A stretch of 24,447 nucleotides of DNA from a virus (IMGVR_UViG_3300037473_000211:1-24447); one strand, 5' to 3'; shown: positions 7,882-16,605, numbered from the stretch's first letter. Numbers and translations are program-made. The notes: generated from the sequence alone by a model not told the origin.

Positions 7882-8766
7882 CTATTCGCGAAGCTTCACC
7901 GAAGACTTCTTGATCGAACCCAGGCCAGCGAGGATTTTGTCCTTGCTGGTATTCAGCACCACAGGGGTCTCGTGATTGAGGCCGCTGTTGACGGAGCCGG
8001 CGCCGGGGCGAATCTTGGACTTCGCGACGTTCGCGAACTCCGGATCGGCCTTGACCACCTTCTCCAGCGCCGCGTCGAACTGCAGGTACTTGCCCTGCCC
8101 GTCCACCAGCGGCGTGCGCTCGGCAGCGCCGCGCGGCTTGTCGTAACCGACCAGCTCATCGCCCACGAAGTCGAAGTGATCGCCGAACAGGACCTGGACC
8201 TTGGCGCCCGAGATCGTCAGGTTCTCACGCACGAAGTGGGAATTGGCGAACTGGTTCGCCACGTCTTTCTTCTTGCCGGCTTCATCCTTCTCGGCCAGCT
8301 CGGCGCGCAGGCGCGTCAGCTCTTCGTCGCGGGCCGACAGTTCCTTCGCGTGCTGGTCGGTGATGGAGGCGACGATGCGGTCGTATTCGCCGCGCGCTTC
8401 CATTTCCTTGCGCTCCGCTTCGGCCTGGGCGGCAAGGGCGGCCTTGGCCTTGTTGGGGTCGATGTCCTTGAAGAGGTCCGCGCGCTCCTCGGCCTTCTTG
8501 GCGCGCTCCTTCCACTTCATGATTTCTTTCAGCGCCGACGCTTCCGCATCGGTGGGCTTTGCGCGCTGGGCTTCCAGAGCCTTGCGCTCGGCTTCGCGAG
8601 CTTCGTCTGCTTCGGCCTGGTTCTTCAGCTTTGCCAGCTCCGCAGCCTTGGCGGCTTCGTCGTCGTTATTGTTGTTGGCGGCAGCAGCAGCGGCTTCGTC
8701 GGCTTGGCGCTGGGCTTCAGCTTCCGCAGCAGCGATTGCTTCGGGGGTCAGTTCATCGGGGGGCAC
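7882..8766 (-). CDS. Capsid scaffolding protein
   Basis: 294 aa, Ala/Glu/Lys coiled-coil, Gly-containing C-terminal tail, between portal and capsid; GTG start with AAGGAAG RBS. Confidence 0.82.
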   Translation of the reverse strand: MPPDELTPEAIAAAEAEAQRQADEAAAAAANNNNDDEAAKAAELAKLKNQAEADEAREAERKALEAQRAKPTDAEASALKEIMKWKERAKKAEERADLFKDIDPNKAKAALAAQAEAERKEMEARGEYDRIVASITDQHAKELSARDEELTRLRAELAEKDEAGKKKDVANQFANSHFVRENLTISGAKVQVLFGDHFDFVGDELVGYDKPRGAAERTPLVDGQGKYLQFDAALEKVVKADPEFANVAKSKIRPGAGSVNSGLNHETPVVLNTSKDKILAGLGSIKKSSVKLRE

Positions 8767-8780
8767 TTTGGTCTTCCTTT

Positions 8781-8829
8781 GCCAGTCTCTCGGCGCGGGT
8801 TTTTATTGGGGTCACAGTCTCTCGGACCC
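8781..8829 (-). repeat. 11-bp direct repeat forming twin stem-loops in the scaffold leader
   Basis: CAGTCTCTCGG at 8783..8793 and 8815..8825; on the mRNA each copy is the loop region of a hairpin. Confidence 0.7.
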
Positions 8830-8843
8830 GGGCAGGCTTTAGG

Positions 8844-10469
8844 CTACTTCTGGGGCTTGCTCGTTTTGGGAGCAGGCTTGTTGTTCGTCCCCGACCCGGT
8901 GCCGGCCTTGGTGGGCGCGGGCTTTGCGGGCTTGGGACTGAACGGGGGCATCGCTCCGGTGGACTGGAGCGTGGGGTCGGCGGGCGGCCAATCTTTGTTG
9001 ACGCTCGCCTTGATCTCTTCGACGACGTTCTTGGTCAGCGACGGGAACAGCTTGTCGATGAGCTGTTCCATCTGCTTGCGGCGCACCTCGTCGGGGGCGC
9101 CCATCATGGCGAGAGACGATGCGATCTCGAACTCATCGTAAAGGCCGCGCACGTCGAAGTTGGCCGGATAGGTGACCAGCTTCATGTCCGGGTCGGTGAA
9201 GATGGTGTTGGGGTCGCCCTCGGAATTGTAGAGGCTCACCAGGGCGACCAGCTTGTTCTCGATGACCTCCAGGCTCTTGGCCTTGGCCGCCAGCATGGCG
9301 TTCATGCGGTCGAAGTCATACGCCTTGGCGACGCCGGAGCTGTTGTCGATGCCGGTGGCATTGTCCTGCTTGGTGCGCTCGCCCGACATGCCGACCGTCT
9401 GGTAAATCTCGCCGACGATCTTGCTGATGATCGACAGGATCAGGCCGGCCTGGCGCGGATCGGGGGCAATGAAGGCAGGCGCGATGCCGCCCTGGGCGTC
9501 ATAGGTGAAGATGCGCTTGGTGCCCATTTCCTTCATCTGGTCCTCGCCCTCCTCGCCCGGCATGAGCGACTGGGCCGGGATCACGAGCTGACTGAAGGTC
9601 TGGTCCTGGATGATGGCGTCGATGTTGGACAGGTAGTTCGCGATGGCGCGGTCCATATAGGCCACGTCGTCGATCAGGCCCGGCGACCAGTAGAGATCGT
9701 CGGACACGACATGCGGGCAGCCGATGATCGGGACCACGCCCAGGTCATGGGCGCCCGTGGCGGCCACATAAAATTCCTTCTTCTTGGGCGTGACCTTGAG
9801 CCCGAACAGCGCCCAGTGATTGCGCGTCCACAGACGCCACATGATCTGGACTTCGCCGGAGGCGGTCAGCGGGTCTTCGTCATCGCGCTTGGTCTCAGCG
9901 TGCAGCAGCCACACCAGGTCGCCCTGCTTGTCGAACGCCATATCCAGGACATCCTGGGGCTTTAGGGTGTAGGCGTAGACGCGGGCGTCGCCGGCAGCCT
10001 CGTCGGCCTTGGTAGCTACGGCGCCGGCCACGGTGGAATCCACCACGCACCAGGGCTTGCCGAAGATCGAGGACTTGCCCGAGATCAGGCGCATCAGGTC
10101 GGTGATGTCGCCCCGCGTCAGGGTAGCGTTGGCCCAGAATTTCTTGATGTAATCGGGGGCGTCGCCTTCCTTGCGGGCGACCTCGGACTTGAAGAGGTAC
10201 TTGTTGACCAACTCGACCACTTCGCGGGTGTGGTTGGGGCGGTAGGCGCGGGCCACGCGGTCGGTGTATTCCCCGTCACCTTCCTTGAAGAATTTGAAGA
10301 TGTTCTCGTCGAACCAATCGCGGCCACCGTCATAGGTGTCCTCCAGGAAGTCCCAATGAGCGCAGCGCCCATAGAACGGGTGGCGACGCTCAAGCATTTG
10401 CTTGAGATCGTCCTGGCTCATCTTGCGGACGGCCCTATCGAACTGTTTGAAAGCGGCTGCGGGGGTCAT
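8844..10469 (-). CDS. Portal protein
   Basis: 541 aa directly downstream of TerL; SPP1-like elements (HDLGVVPII, SSGVAKAYDF, VTYPANFD); Pro/Lys-rich tail. Confidence 0.88.
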   Translation of the reverse strand: MTPAAAFKQFDRAVRKMSQDDLKQMLERRHPFYGRCAHWDFLEDTYDGGRDWFDENIFKFFKEGDGEYTDRVARAYRPNHTREVVELVNKYLFKSEVARKEGDAPDYIKKFWANATLTRGDITDLMRLISGKSSIFGKPWCVVDSTVAGAVATKADEAAGDARVYAYTLKPQDVLDMAFDKQGDLVWLLHAETKRDDEDPLTASGEVQIMWRLWTRNHWALFGLKVTPKKKEFYVAATGAHDLGVVPIIGCPHVVSDDLYWSPGLIDDVAYMDRAIANYLSNIDAIIQDQTFSQLVIPAQSLMPGEEGEDQMKEMGTKRIFTYDAQGGIAPAFIAPDPRQAGLILSIISKIVGEIYQTVGMSGERTKQDNATGIDNSSGVAKAYDFDRMNAMLAAKAKSLEVIENKLVALVSLYNSEGDPNTIFTDPDMKLVTYPANFDVRGLYDEFEIASSLAMMGAPDEVRRKQMEQLIDKLFPSLTKNVVEEIKASVNKDWPPADPTLQSTGAMPPFSPKPAKPAPTKAGTGSGTNNKPAPKTSKPQK

Positions 10470-10483
10470 GGTGATGCTGGTAC

Positions 10484-10512
10484 ATTGTAACTCACCCGTG
10501 AGTGAGACGCAA
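10484..10512 (-). promoter_or_regulatory. Sigma70-like portal promoter with palindromic site
   Basis: TTGCGT-N17-TACAAT; ACTCACCCGTGAGT at 10490..10503 abuts the -10. Confidence 0.65.
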
Positions 10513-10514
10513 GG

Positions 10515-11819
10515 CTAAATGGACGTGCCGATGATCTGGACCTTGCGGACGGGGAACAGCAGCTCGACCGGGTAGCCGAGCGCGTCGGTGATGTGTTCGC
10601 TGTCCTTGGTCTTGTCCACGTCGGACGTGCCGGCCTTGTAGATGGTCTGCTCGAAGCTCTTGATCGTCTCCTTGCACTTGGGGTCTACGAACATGCGGAT
10701 GCGGCCATTGGCGGCCTGCAGCATCAGGTTCACGGCGTTGTAGCGGTCGGACCTGGCCGGATGCTTGGGGCGCGCATAGACCTTGTTGATCCCGCGATCC
10801 CGGAAAATCTGGAAGTTGGTCTCGCCATAGCCCTGGTTGCGGTTGTTGCCCGCCGGGTCGGGGTAGAGGGCGAATTTGCCCGCGCGGATGTGGCGCCAGT
10901 AGCGCTTTTCCATTTCGTCGCAGACCTCGACCACGTTGGACGACTTGAGGAAAATCTCGTCTTTGATGTGGATCACGAAGCGGTCCATGCTGCGCTTCGG
11001 ATACGCCGGGTCTTCCCAGAGCTGGAACAGCACCGTGGTCATGGGATCGACGTTGAAGTCCTGGCCGGCATAGATCGGCTTGTTCATGTCGATGGGCGGC
11101 AGCGCGCGGACGTGGGTCTGGCGCTTGAAGTTGTAATAGATCAGGCCCGTCATGGACTCGAAGCTGGCCTCAAACTCCTGCTTGAACGACTTCTCGGTCA
11201 GGTTGGCGCGGGCGCGCTCGATTTCCTTCTTGGGGATGAAGGGCGAGCTGATGGTCGGGAATTGCCAGGAGTTCCACTCGCCCTTGTTGGCGATGTCCTG
11301 ACCCTTCTGATAGACCTCGTAGAGGCAATTGAACGCCTTGGGCGTGCCGATGATGAGCGCGCGACCACCCTTGTCCATCAGCGTCGGATAGATGATCTCT
11401 TCCCAGGTGCCGGCCTTAAAGTCCTGGTATTCGTCCAGCACCACGAAGTCGATACCGCGACCGCGCAGCGTGTCGGGCTTGTCGGCGCCTTTTAGCTGGA
11501 TCAGCGAGCCGTTGATGAGGCGCACTTCCAGCTTGGTCTCGTTTTTCTTCTTGATGAGCCGGGGCGGGATGGCGTCGATCAGGTCCGCCCACATGATGTC
11601 CTTCGCCATGCCGTATGTCGGCGCGACGTACCAGATGTTGGCTTTCTTCTTGGACGCGGCTGCGGCGACCAGGGCCGCGCGCGAGAGGTAGGTCTTACCC
11701 CAGCGGCGACCGGCGACAACCACCTTGAAGCGGGAACGGTCGCGGAACACCACGAGCTGCTTGGGATGCAGCCGCAGCAGATGCGTGTTCAAAAGCGGAG
11801 CTGTAGGCCGGAGGCGCAT
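10515..11819 (-). CDS. terL: Terminase large subunit
   Basis: Walker A VAGRRWGKT, Walker B VVLDE, coupling motif IGTP, nuclease GQDFN and HITDALGY. Confidence 0.96.
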   Translation of the reverse strand: MRLRPTAPLLNTHLLRLHPKQLVVFRDRSRFKVVVAGRRWGKTYLSRAALVAAAASKKKANIWYVAPTYGMAKDIMWADLIDAIPPRLIKKKNETKLEVRLINGSLIQLKGADKPDTLRGRGIDFVVLDEYQDFKAGTWEEIIYPTLMDKGGRALIIGTPKAFNCLYEVYQKGQDIANKGEWNSWQFPTISSPFIPKKEIERARANLTEKSFKQEFEASFESMTGLIYYNFKRQTHVRALPPIDMNKPIYAGQDFNVDPMTTVLFQLWEDPAYPKRSMDRFVIHIKDEIFLKSSNVVEVCDEMEKRYWRHIRAGKFALYPDPAGNNRNQGYGETNFQIFRDRGINKVYARPKHPARSDRYNAVNLMLQAANGRIRMFVDPKCKETIKSFEQTIYKAGTSDVDKTKDSEHITDALGYPVELLFPVRKVQIIGTSI

Positions 11820-12460
11820 TACTTCGCCTCGACATCTTCCATCTTTGAGAGTTCTTCGATGGCGTTCTCGACCAGCGGGTCGCTTTCGTCCATCAGCGTG
11901 ATCTCGGTCTTGTTCTGGATCGCTTCCAGCTCTTCCGCCGAATACTCAGTCACGCCAATGTCGGGCAGCTCGCCTTCCTGGTCGTTGTCGTTGTAGAGGT
12001 CGTACAGGTGGAACTTGTTGTCCCGGACGTTGGCATAGACCTCGGCGGTGTATTTGATGGCGCTGAAGACGCGCGCGTTCTCTTCCTTGGTGCGCTCGGC
12101 GCGCGGCTTGGCCCGGAGAGCCTGCAGCTCGATGATGGCCGACTGCATGATGAAATCGCCATAGGTGTGGTACTTTTTCTTGAAGTCGCCGATCTCCTGC
12201 GCAATGCGCAGCGCCTCGCCCTTCAGGGCGTCTTCGGTGACCTTGGCGAACTCCTTGGAGCGCCGGCCCTTGCTGGCGCCGCGACGGTTCAAACCTTCGG
12301 AGATTGCGGGCTTGGAAATTCCGAACCGGTCGGAAAGGTCCTGCTGGGTGACGGTGCCCGACTCCCACAGGATGACGATCTGCTCCCATTCCTGGGGCGT
12401 CAGGTGTTTCTTCGGTGCCGTCGTTGCGGCGGGTGCGGCTTCAGCCGTCTCGGGTTCCAT
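11819..12460 (-). CDS. terS: Terminase small subunit
   Basis: N-terminal HTH (TQQDLSDRFGISKPAISEGL), helical body, TAATG-coupled to terL. Confidence 0.75.
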   Translation of the reverse strand: MEPETAEAAPAATTAPKKHLTPQEWEQIVILWESGTVTQQDLSDRFGISKPAISEGLNRRGASKGRRSKEFAKVTEDALKGEALRIAQEIGDFKKKYHTYGDFIMQSAIIELQALRAKPRAERTKEENARVFSAIKYTAEVYANVRDNKFHLYDLYNDNDQEGELPDIGVTEYSAEELEAIQNKTEITLMDESDPLVENAIEELSKMEDVEAK

Positions 12461-12553
12461 TTGCTCAAGCCGGCGGGGACCACCACCATTTGAAGGTCCC
12501 CGCCGGGGTGGGCCGCATCGGATCGGCCCTGTCTCTAAGTCTAAGTAGACAAC

Positions 12554-12582
12554 AGGATACCAAACCGCGCCTAGGAAATCAA
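12554..12582 (-). promoter_or_regulatory. Putative terS promoter
   Basis: TTGATT-N17-TATCCT with TGn extension; AGTCAC half-site just upstream of the -35 (12594..12589). Confidence 0.45.
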
Positions 12583-12682
12583 TACCAGGTGACTAATAAT
12601 TCCTAACAAAGCCTAACACCGCCAGACCCCGTGGACGGCGTGGCCCCTTCCGGACGTGTGGGGTTCTCCGGGCGGCTCGGTC

Positions 12683-12839
12683 AAAAGCTTGACACGAAAG
12701 CTCGTCTCACGAAGTCTATATCTTATTGGAGAGTATTATCTGTAAGAGTAGAAGTTATTGGTGTTCAATATCTTCTCGCCTCGCATCGGCTCGGCTCAAA
12801 GATATTAAACACTGCGCGAGGGAGTCGTGTCAAGCTTTT
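12683..12839. repeat. 15-bp perfect inverted repeat enclosing an AT-rich core
   Basis: AAAAGCTTGACACGA (12683..12697) and TCGTGTCAAGCTTTT (12825..12839). Confidence 0.8.
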
Positions 12840-12903
12840 TCATACTCACGCGGCAATGTGAACCCCTCCTCCGGTACTCACCCGTACCAGCCCGCACACG
12901 CGG

Positions 12904-13191
12904 TCAGGGGTTCTGCAGCTCTTTGTATTCGGCATACCCCAGCATGGTGGGCGCGATGATCCGGCGCTCGGCACCGCGACGACGCTCGGTGTCCTTCTTT
13001 TCGATCAGGCCGTGGCCGATCATGTAGCGGATCGAGAAGGCCAGCGCGTCCTTGGACGGCGCCTTGTATTCATAGACCTCGGTCTTGCCCAGGGCTTCGA
13101 CCAACTGGTCGAAGTCGAGGAAGCTGCCATCGGTGTTCATCTTCACGACGGCGGTCAGGATGGCGATCTGTTTGGAGGTCAGGCTTCGCAT
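12904..13191 (-). CDS. Winged-helix DNA-binding protein
   Basis: 95 aa; LTSKQIAIL start, helix-turn-helix, GLIEK wing and IAPTMLG end fit a wHTH pattern. Confidence 0.65.
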   Translation of the reverse strand: MRSLTSKQIAILTAVVKMNTDGSFLDFDQLVEALGKTEVYEYKAPSKDALAFSIRYMIGHGLIEKKDTERRRGAERRIIAPTMLGYAEYKELQNP

Positions 13192-14066
13192 TTCAAAGGC
13201 TCGTGCGGTGCTTGGTTGTCGAAGGCGGTGATCGGCAGCCGCTCCGGAATTGTGCGGCCCAGGTCGGGGTTGGTGTATACGCCATAGAGCGGGCTGGCGA
13301 AGAACATCTGGATCATCTGGTACAGCAGCTCACGCGGCGGCAGCCGGGCGACACGGCTGTCCGCGAATTTCACGCCGTTGGTCTCGATCAGCCCCTTGCC
13401 GGTGTTCTCCAGCATGGAGTGCTTGCGATAGATCGTGCGGCACGCTTCAAGGGTCTTGTCGCGCGCGCCCGCCGGCAGGGCGTCCAGCTCTTGCAGGATC
13501 GCTTCCAGGTCGTTGGGGTTGCTCTCGAAGGTGGAGCGGAAGAACTTCAGGCCCACGTCGTGCTTGTTCGACTTCATGGGCGGCACGAACTTGAAGCCGG
13601 CCTTCTGGGCGAACTGGTTGTATTTCGACATAGCCGACTGGATTTCGATGAAGCGCTTGCCCTCCATGCGCGAGGCCAGGTTCGCAAACCGGTAGGCCAG
13701 GCCGCAGCCGCGATACATGGTGTCCACCACCAGGCGCGCGACGATGCTCATGTTGGCATTGATCCACTTCATGCGGGCCGTGTTGCTGATCTTGGTGTCA
13801 TGCCCAGGCTTAATCATCGGGAACGCCACATGACGCTCCTTTAGCAGAAGCTTAGGGCTCGCCATCATCAGCACGCCGATGGTCTCGCCGTGCAGGGTCA
13901 GCTTGAAATAGTGGGCGCCCGGGGTCAGGCCATGCGCCTTGTAATGAAGCGCGGACAGCAGCTCCCAGTCCTCGCGCGTGCCGCGCTCGACGAAGATGTC
14001 GTTCAGGAACGGGAGGCGGGACGGCGCTGTTGGACGGGTGATCTCCCAGTCATCATTGAGGCTCAT
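13179..14066 (-). CDS. GNAT-fold acyltransferase, Mom-like (putative DNA modification enzyme)
   Basis: Likely start ATG 14066. N-terminal LHY motif and acetyl-CoA-binding motif ARLVVDTMYRGCGLA; overlaps the ABC ATPase gene. Confidence 0.75.
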   Translation of the reverse strand: MSLNDDWEITRPTAPSRLPFLNDIFVERGTREDWELLSALHYKAHGLTPGAHYFKLTLHGETIGVLMMASPKLLLKERHVAFPMIKPGHDTKISNTARMKWINANMSIVARLVVDTMYRGCGLAYRFANLASRMEGKRFIEIQSAMSKYNQFAQKAGFKFVPPMKSNKHDVGLKFFRSTFESNPNDLEAILQELDALPAGARDKTLEACRTIYRKHSMLENTGKGLIETNGVKFADSRVARLPPRELLYQMIQMFFASPLYGVYTNPDLGRTIPERLPITAFDNQAPHEPLKCEA

Positions 14067-14691
14067 GGCGGGAAACCTCAATCTTGTCGCCGAAGCGCTT
14101 GCGGACCAGCAGCGACGGCGCCAGGGCCTCGATCAGGTCGGTGTGCGTGGTGGCGACGATCAGCGTCTTGTTGTGCTTGCGGGCCACCTTCTGCATGTTG
14201 GCGGCCACCACCTGGGCGGTCACGCGGTCCATGACCGCGCCGAACTCATCGGCCACCCAGATATTGGCGTAGCTCTCCAGCAGCTTCGCCAGGCGGAAGC
14301 GATACTTCTGCCCGTCCGACAGCTCGGTCGGCTTGCGCACATAGAGATAGGCGTCCGATAGGCCGGCCAGGGCCAGCAGCTTGGTCGCCTCCTCCATCGT
14401 CTTGCCGATCTGGCTGATGATGGGCTGATCGAGAAACTGCACGTCGTCCAGGTTGGCGACGGTCTGGCTGTGCATGAGCCGGGCAAGCTCCCGCAGAAGC
14501 GAGGACTTGCCCGACCCAGACTGGCCGGTGATGTAGACCACATCACCGGGGATGATCTCGATCTTGAAATTGTCGAAGACCACGAACTCGCGATCCTCCA
14601 GGCCAAGCCCGAAGGATTCGGCGACCTTCAGCACGCGCTCGTCGCGCTCGGTGCGGGTGGAAAAGCGAACGTCGATCTCATAGACGGGCAT
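14053..14691 (-). CDS. Stand-alone ABC-family ATPase
   Basis: Walker A GQSGSGKS, signature LSDGQKYR, Walker B VADEF, H-loop ATTH; no membrane partner nearby. Confidence 0.9.
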   Translation of the reverse strand: MPVYEIDVRFSTRTERDERVLKVAESFGLGLEDREFVVFDNFKIEIIPGDVVYITGQSGSGKSSLLRELARLMHSQTVANLDDVQFLDQPIISQIGKTMEEATKLLALAGLSDAYLYVRKPTELSDGQKYRFRLAKLLESYANIWVADEFGAVMDRVTAQVVAANMQKVARKHNKTLIVATTHTDLIEALAPSLLVRKRFGDKIEVSRHEPQ

Positions 14692-15041
14692 TATTCGTCC
14701 TCGTCCATGTCGTCTTCGTGGATGACGTTGGGTATCGCGCAGCCGATGATCTGGTCCTTCATCATCGCGAGGGCGCCCAGGATCGTCAGATATTGCTCGT
14801 GCGCTGTAACGGTGACCCAGGATTCAGCGTCGAGGATGGCGCCGCGATCATCGGGCACGCCCACGACAACGGCCAAGCCTTTCAGCTCGCCCTTCTCGAA
14901 GCGACCCAGCAGCTCTTGAAGCCGGCTGACGGCCTCGACATCCACCTCCGGCTCCTTCTCCTCGGTCGGTGCCGGCGGGGCTTCGTGCGAGCCCCGGGTG
15001 AAAATGTTGATGACCTTGGGCTTGTCGTCTTCAGGCGCCAT
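14691..15041 (-). CDS. Acidic hypothetical protein
   Basis: 116 aa, overlaps both neighbours, D/E-rich C-terminus. Confidence 0.7.
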   Translation of the reverse strand: MAPEDDKPKVINIFTRGSHEAPPAPTEEKEPEVDVEAVSRLQELLGRFEKGELKGLAVVVGVPDDRGAILDAESWVTVTAHEQYLTILGALAMMKDQIIGCAIPNVIHEDDMDEDE

Positions 15042-15708
15042 CGACCACCTGGCTCATATGCAGCATGAAGGCTTCGCGACTATCTTTCGTGCCGTGCTCC
15101 GCTTCCAGCACACCCAGGAAGCGCGTCAGGATACGAGCTTCGTCGGCGTTTACTGTTTTGAAGCCGAACGCCTTGTCGAGGCGCACAGCTTCGCCATCGG
15201 CCTTGGTCGCATCCTGCTGCACGCTCTCTTCGTGGACGGCCACGTCGGCGGTGATGTCTTCGGACATGGCACCCAGGTCGATCTCGCCGATGTCCTTCAT
15301 CAGCGTGGTCATTTCCTTGTCGCTCAGGCCGATGCCGTCCAGCGACACGCCGTCTTCGGTCAGCTTGCGCAGCTCGGCGGCCAGAACGTCGGTGTCATAG
15401 TCAGTCGAGGTGGTCTTGTTGGCCGCGATGCGCAGTTTGGCGGCCTGTTCCTTGGTGATGCCACGGAACACGCGCACGGGCGCGAACTTGCGCTCCAGCG
15501 ACAACAGAGCCAGGCGCCGGCCATGACCGGAAATGATCGTACCGTCTTCTTCGACCGCAATGGGATGCTCGACGCCGAACTCCGTGATGGAGGCGGCCAG
15601 CGCCTTCACATGCGCGTCGGGATGCTTCTTGTGGTTCTTCTCATACGGGATCAGCTTCTCGATGGGCCACTGCTCCACCGAGATATTGGAGGCGTCGAAG
15701 TCAGACAT
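15031..15708 (-). CDS. ParB/Sulfiredoxin N-terminal domain protein
   Basis: IEKLIPYEKNHKKH...SITEFG...IISGHGRRLA...RIAANK; no obvious HTH. Confidence 0.88.
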   Translation of the reverse strand: MSDFDASNISVEQWPIEKLIPYEKNHKKHPDAHVKALAASITEFGVEHPIAVEEDGTIISGHGRRLALLSLERKFAPVRVFRGITKEQAAKLRIAANKTTSTDYDTDVLAAELRKLTEDGVSLDGIGLSDKEMTTLMKDIGEIDLGAMSEDITADVAVHEESVQQDATKADGEAVRLDKAFGFKTVNADEARILTRFLGVLEAEHGTKDSREAFMLHMSQVVDGA

Positions 15709-15712
15709 CGGG

Positions 15713-15886
15713 TTATCCGAACCGACCCATCAGGGACACGACATCATCGGGCTCGTCTGCGCCCTCGAAGTTCTCGCCTGCCCCGCACGGACGGCATTTC
15801 TTTTTGTTGAGGACGAACTTGCACAGGCGGCAGTCATCGAACTTCAGTTCGGCGATCTGATCGTCGGTGAGCTTCTTGGGAGGCAT
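15713..15886 (-). CDS. Small CxxC-x8-CxxC metal-binding protein (57 aa)
   Basis: Absent from the ORF track; MPPKKLTDDQIAELKFDDCRLCKFVLNKKKCRPCGAGENFEGADEPDDVVSLMGRFG. TAATG overlap with the upstream stop; fills the gap between the two ParB genes. Confidence 0.75.
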   Translation of the reverse strand: MPPKKLTDDQIAELKFDDCRLCKFVLNKKKCRPCGAGENFEGADEPDDVVSLMGRFG

Positions 15887-16545
15887 TAGCTCTTGGTTCC
15901 CAGGAGCAGAATCGCCAGCGCTTCGCCAGCGAGTGTCATGTCGTCGGACCCGGACAGCGATTCCCTCTTCTTGGTCTTCTCGATGAGGGCAATGATCGCT
16001 TCGGCATCCCGGACGGGCACGCGGAACTTCAGCGTGTCGTGTGTCTGGATGGGGCGTTCGGCGCGGCCCTCGTTCGGCGCCTCGTCTTCTTCGTCGCCGC
16101 CGCCTGGTTTCACTTCCAGGTCGTCGAGGTTGATGTCGATTGCCCGCATGATTACCTGCAGGTCGTCGGCTTGAAGCGGGAGGAAGGCGGTCAGATCGGG
16201 CGTGTCCACCTGGATTTCTTCCAGCAGTCGGGCATACGCAATCGCGTCATCGGTGCCATAGCGGCTGTTGTCGATGAGGCCGATCTTCTTGGCCTTGATG
16301 TCGTCGATGGTGCCCAGATTGAGGACGGGGACTTTCTTGAGCCCCATGTCGATAGCGACTTCTGTGCGGTGCTGGCCGCCCAGGATTTGCAGCGAGCCAT
16401 CCGCGAGGGTGCGGACCACGACTGCGGTCACAAAGCCCAGGTCTTCGATGCTCTTGCGCAGCTTGACCAGATTGGCCGGCGACACAGCGTTCGTGTTCCA
16501 GGGGTTGGTTTTGAGGCTACGGGGGTCTAGTAATTCAGGGGTCAT
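15886..16545 (-). CDS. ParB/Sulfiredoxin N-terminal domain protein
   Basis: LKTNPWNTN...LRKSIEDLGFVTAVVVR...ILGGQHR; acidic linker and short C-terminal LKFRVP domain. Confidence 0.85.
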   Translation of the reverse strand: MTPELLDPRSLKTNPWNTNAVSPANLVKLRKSIEDLGFVTAVVVRTLADGSLQILGGQHRTEVAIDMGLKKVPVLNLGTIDDIKAKKIGLIDNSRYGTDDAIAYARLLEEIQVDTPDLTAFLPLQADDLQVIMRAIDINLDDLEVKPGGGDEEDEAPNEGRAERPIQTHDTLKFRVPVRDAEAIIALIEKTKKRESLSGSDDMTLAGEALAILLLGTKS

Positions 16546-16561
16546 CCTTTAATTGTCATCC

Positions 16562-16600
16562 TTGACTAAGAATTGTAGTCGAGGTATAAGCATTTGGCAA
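16562..16600. promoter_or_regulatory. Overlapping divergent sigma70-like promoters
   Basis: Plus strand: TTGACT(16562)-N17-TATAAG(16585..16590). Minus strand: TTGCCA(16600..16595)-N17-TACAAT(16577..16572). Confidence 0.7.
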
Positions 16601-16605
16601 GCGCC

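Noticed and set aside
6837-11495. Long plus-strand ORFs (6837..7796, 7855..9141, 8559..9965, 10593..11495)
   Set aside because: They mirror the capsid, scaffold, portal and TerL genes on the opposite strand and have shadow-ORF composition.
12631-12959. Short plus-strand ORFs in the terS upstream region
   Set aside because: Non-ATG starts, no RBS and atypical codon usage; better explained as non-coding.
14053-14691. ABC transporter interpretation
   Set aside because: No permease or substrate-binding gene nearby; the ATPase is coupled to a GNAT instead.
15031-16545. ParB genes as partners of ParA
   Set aside because: They lack an evident HTH and lie in another operon; ParA has its own coupled RHH adaptor.
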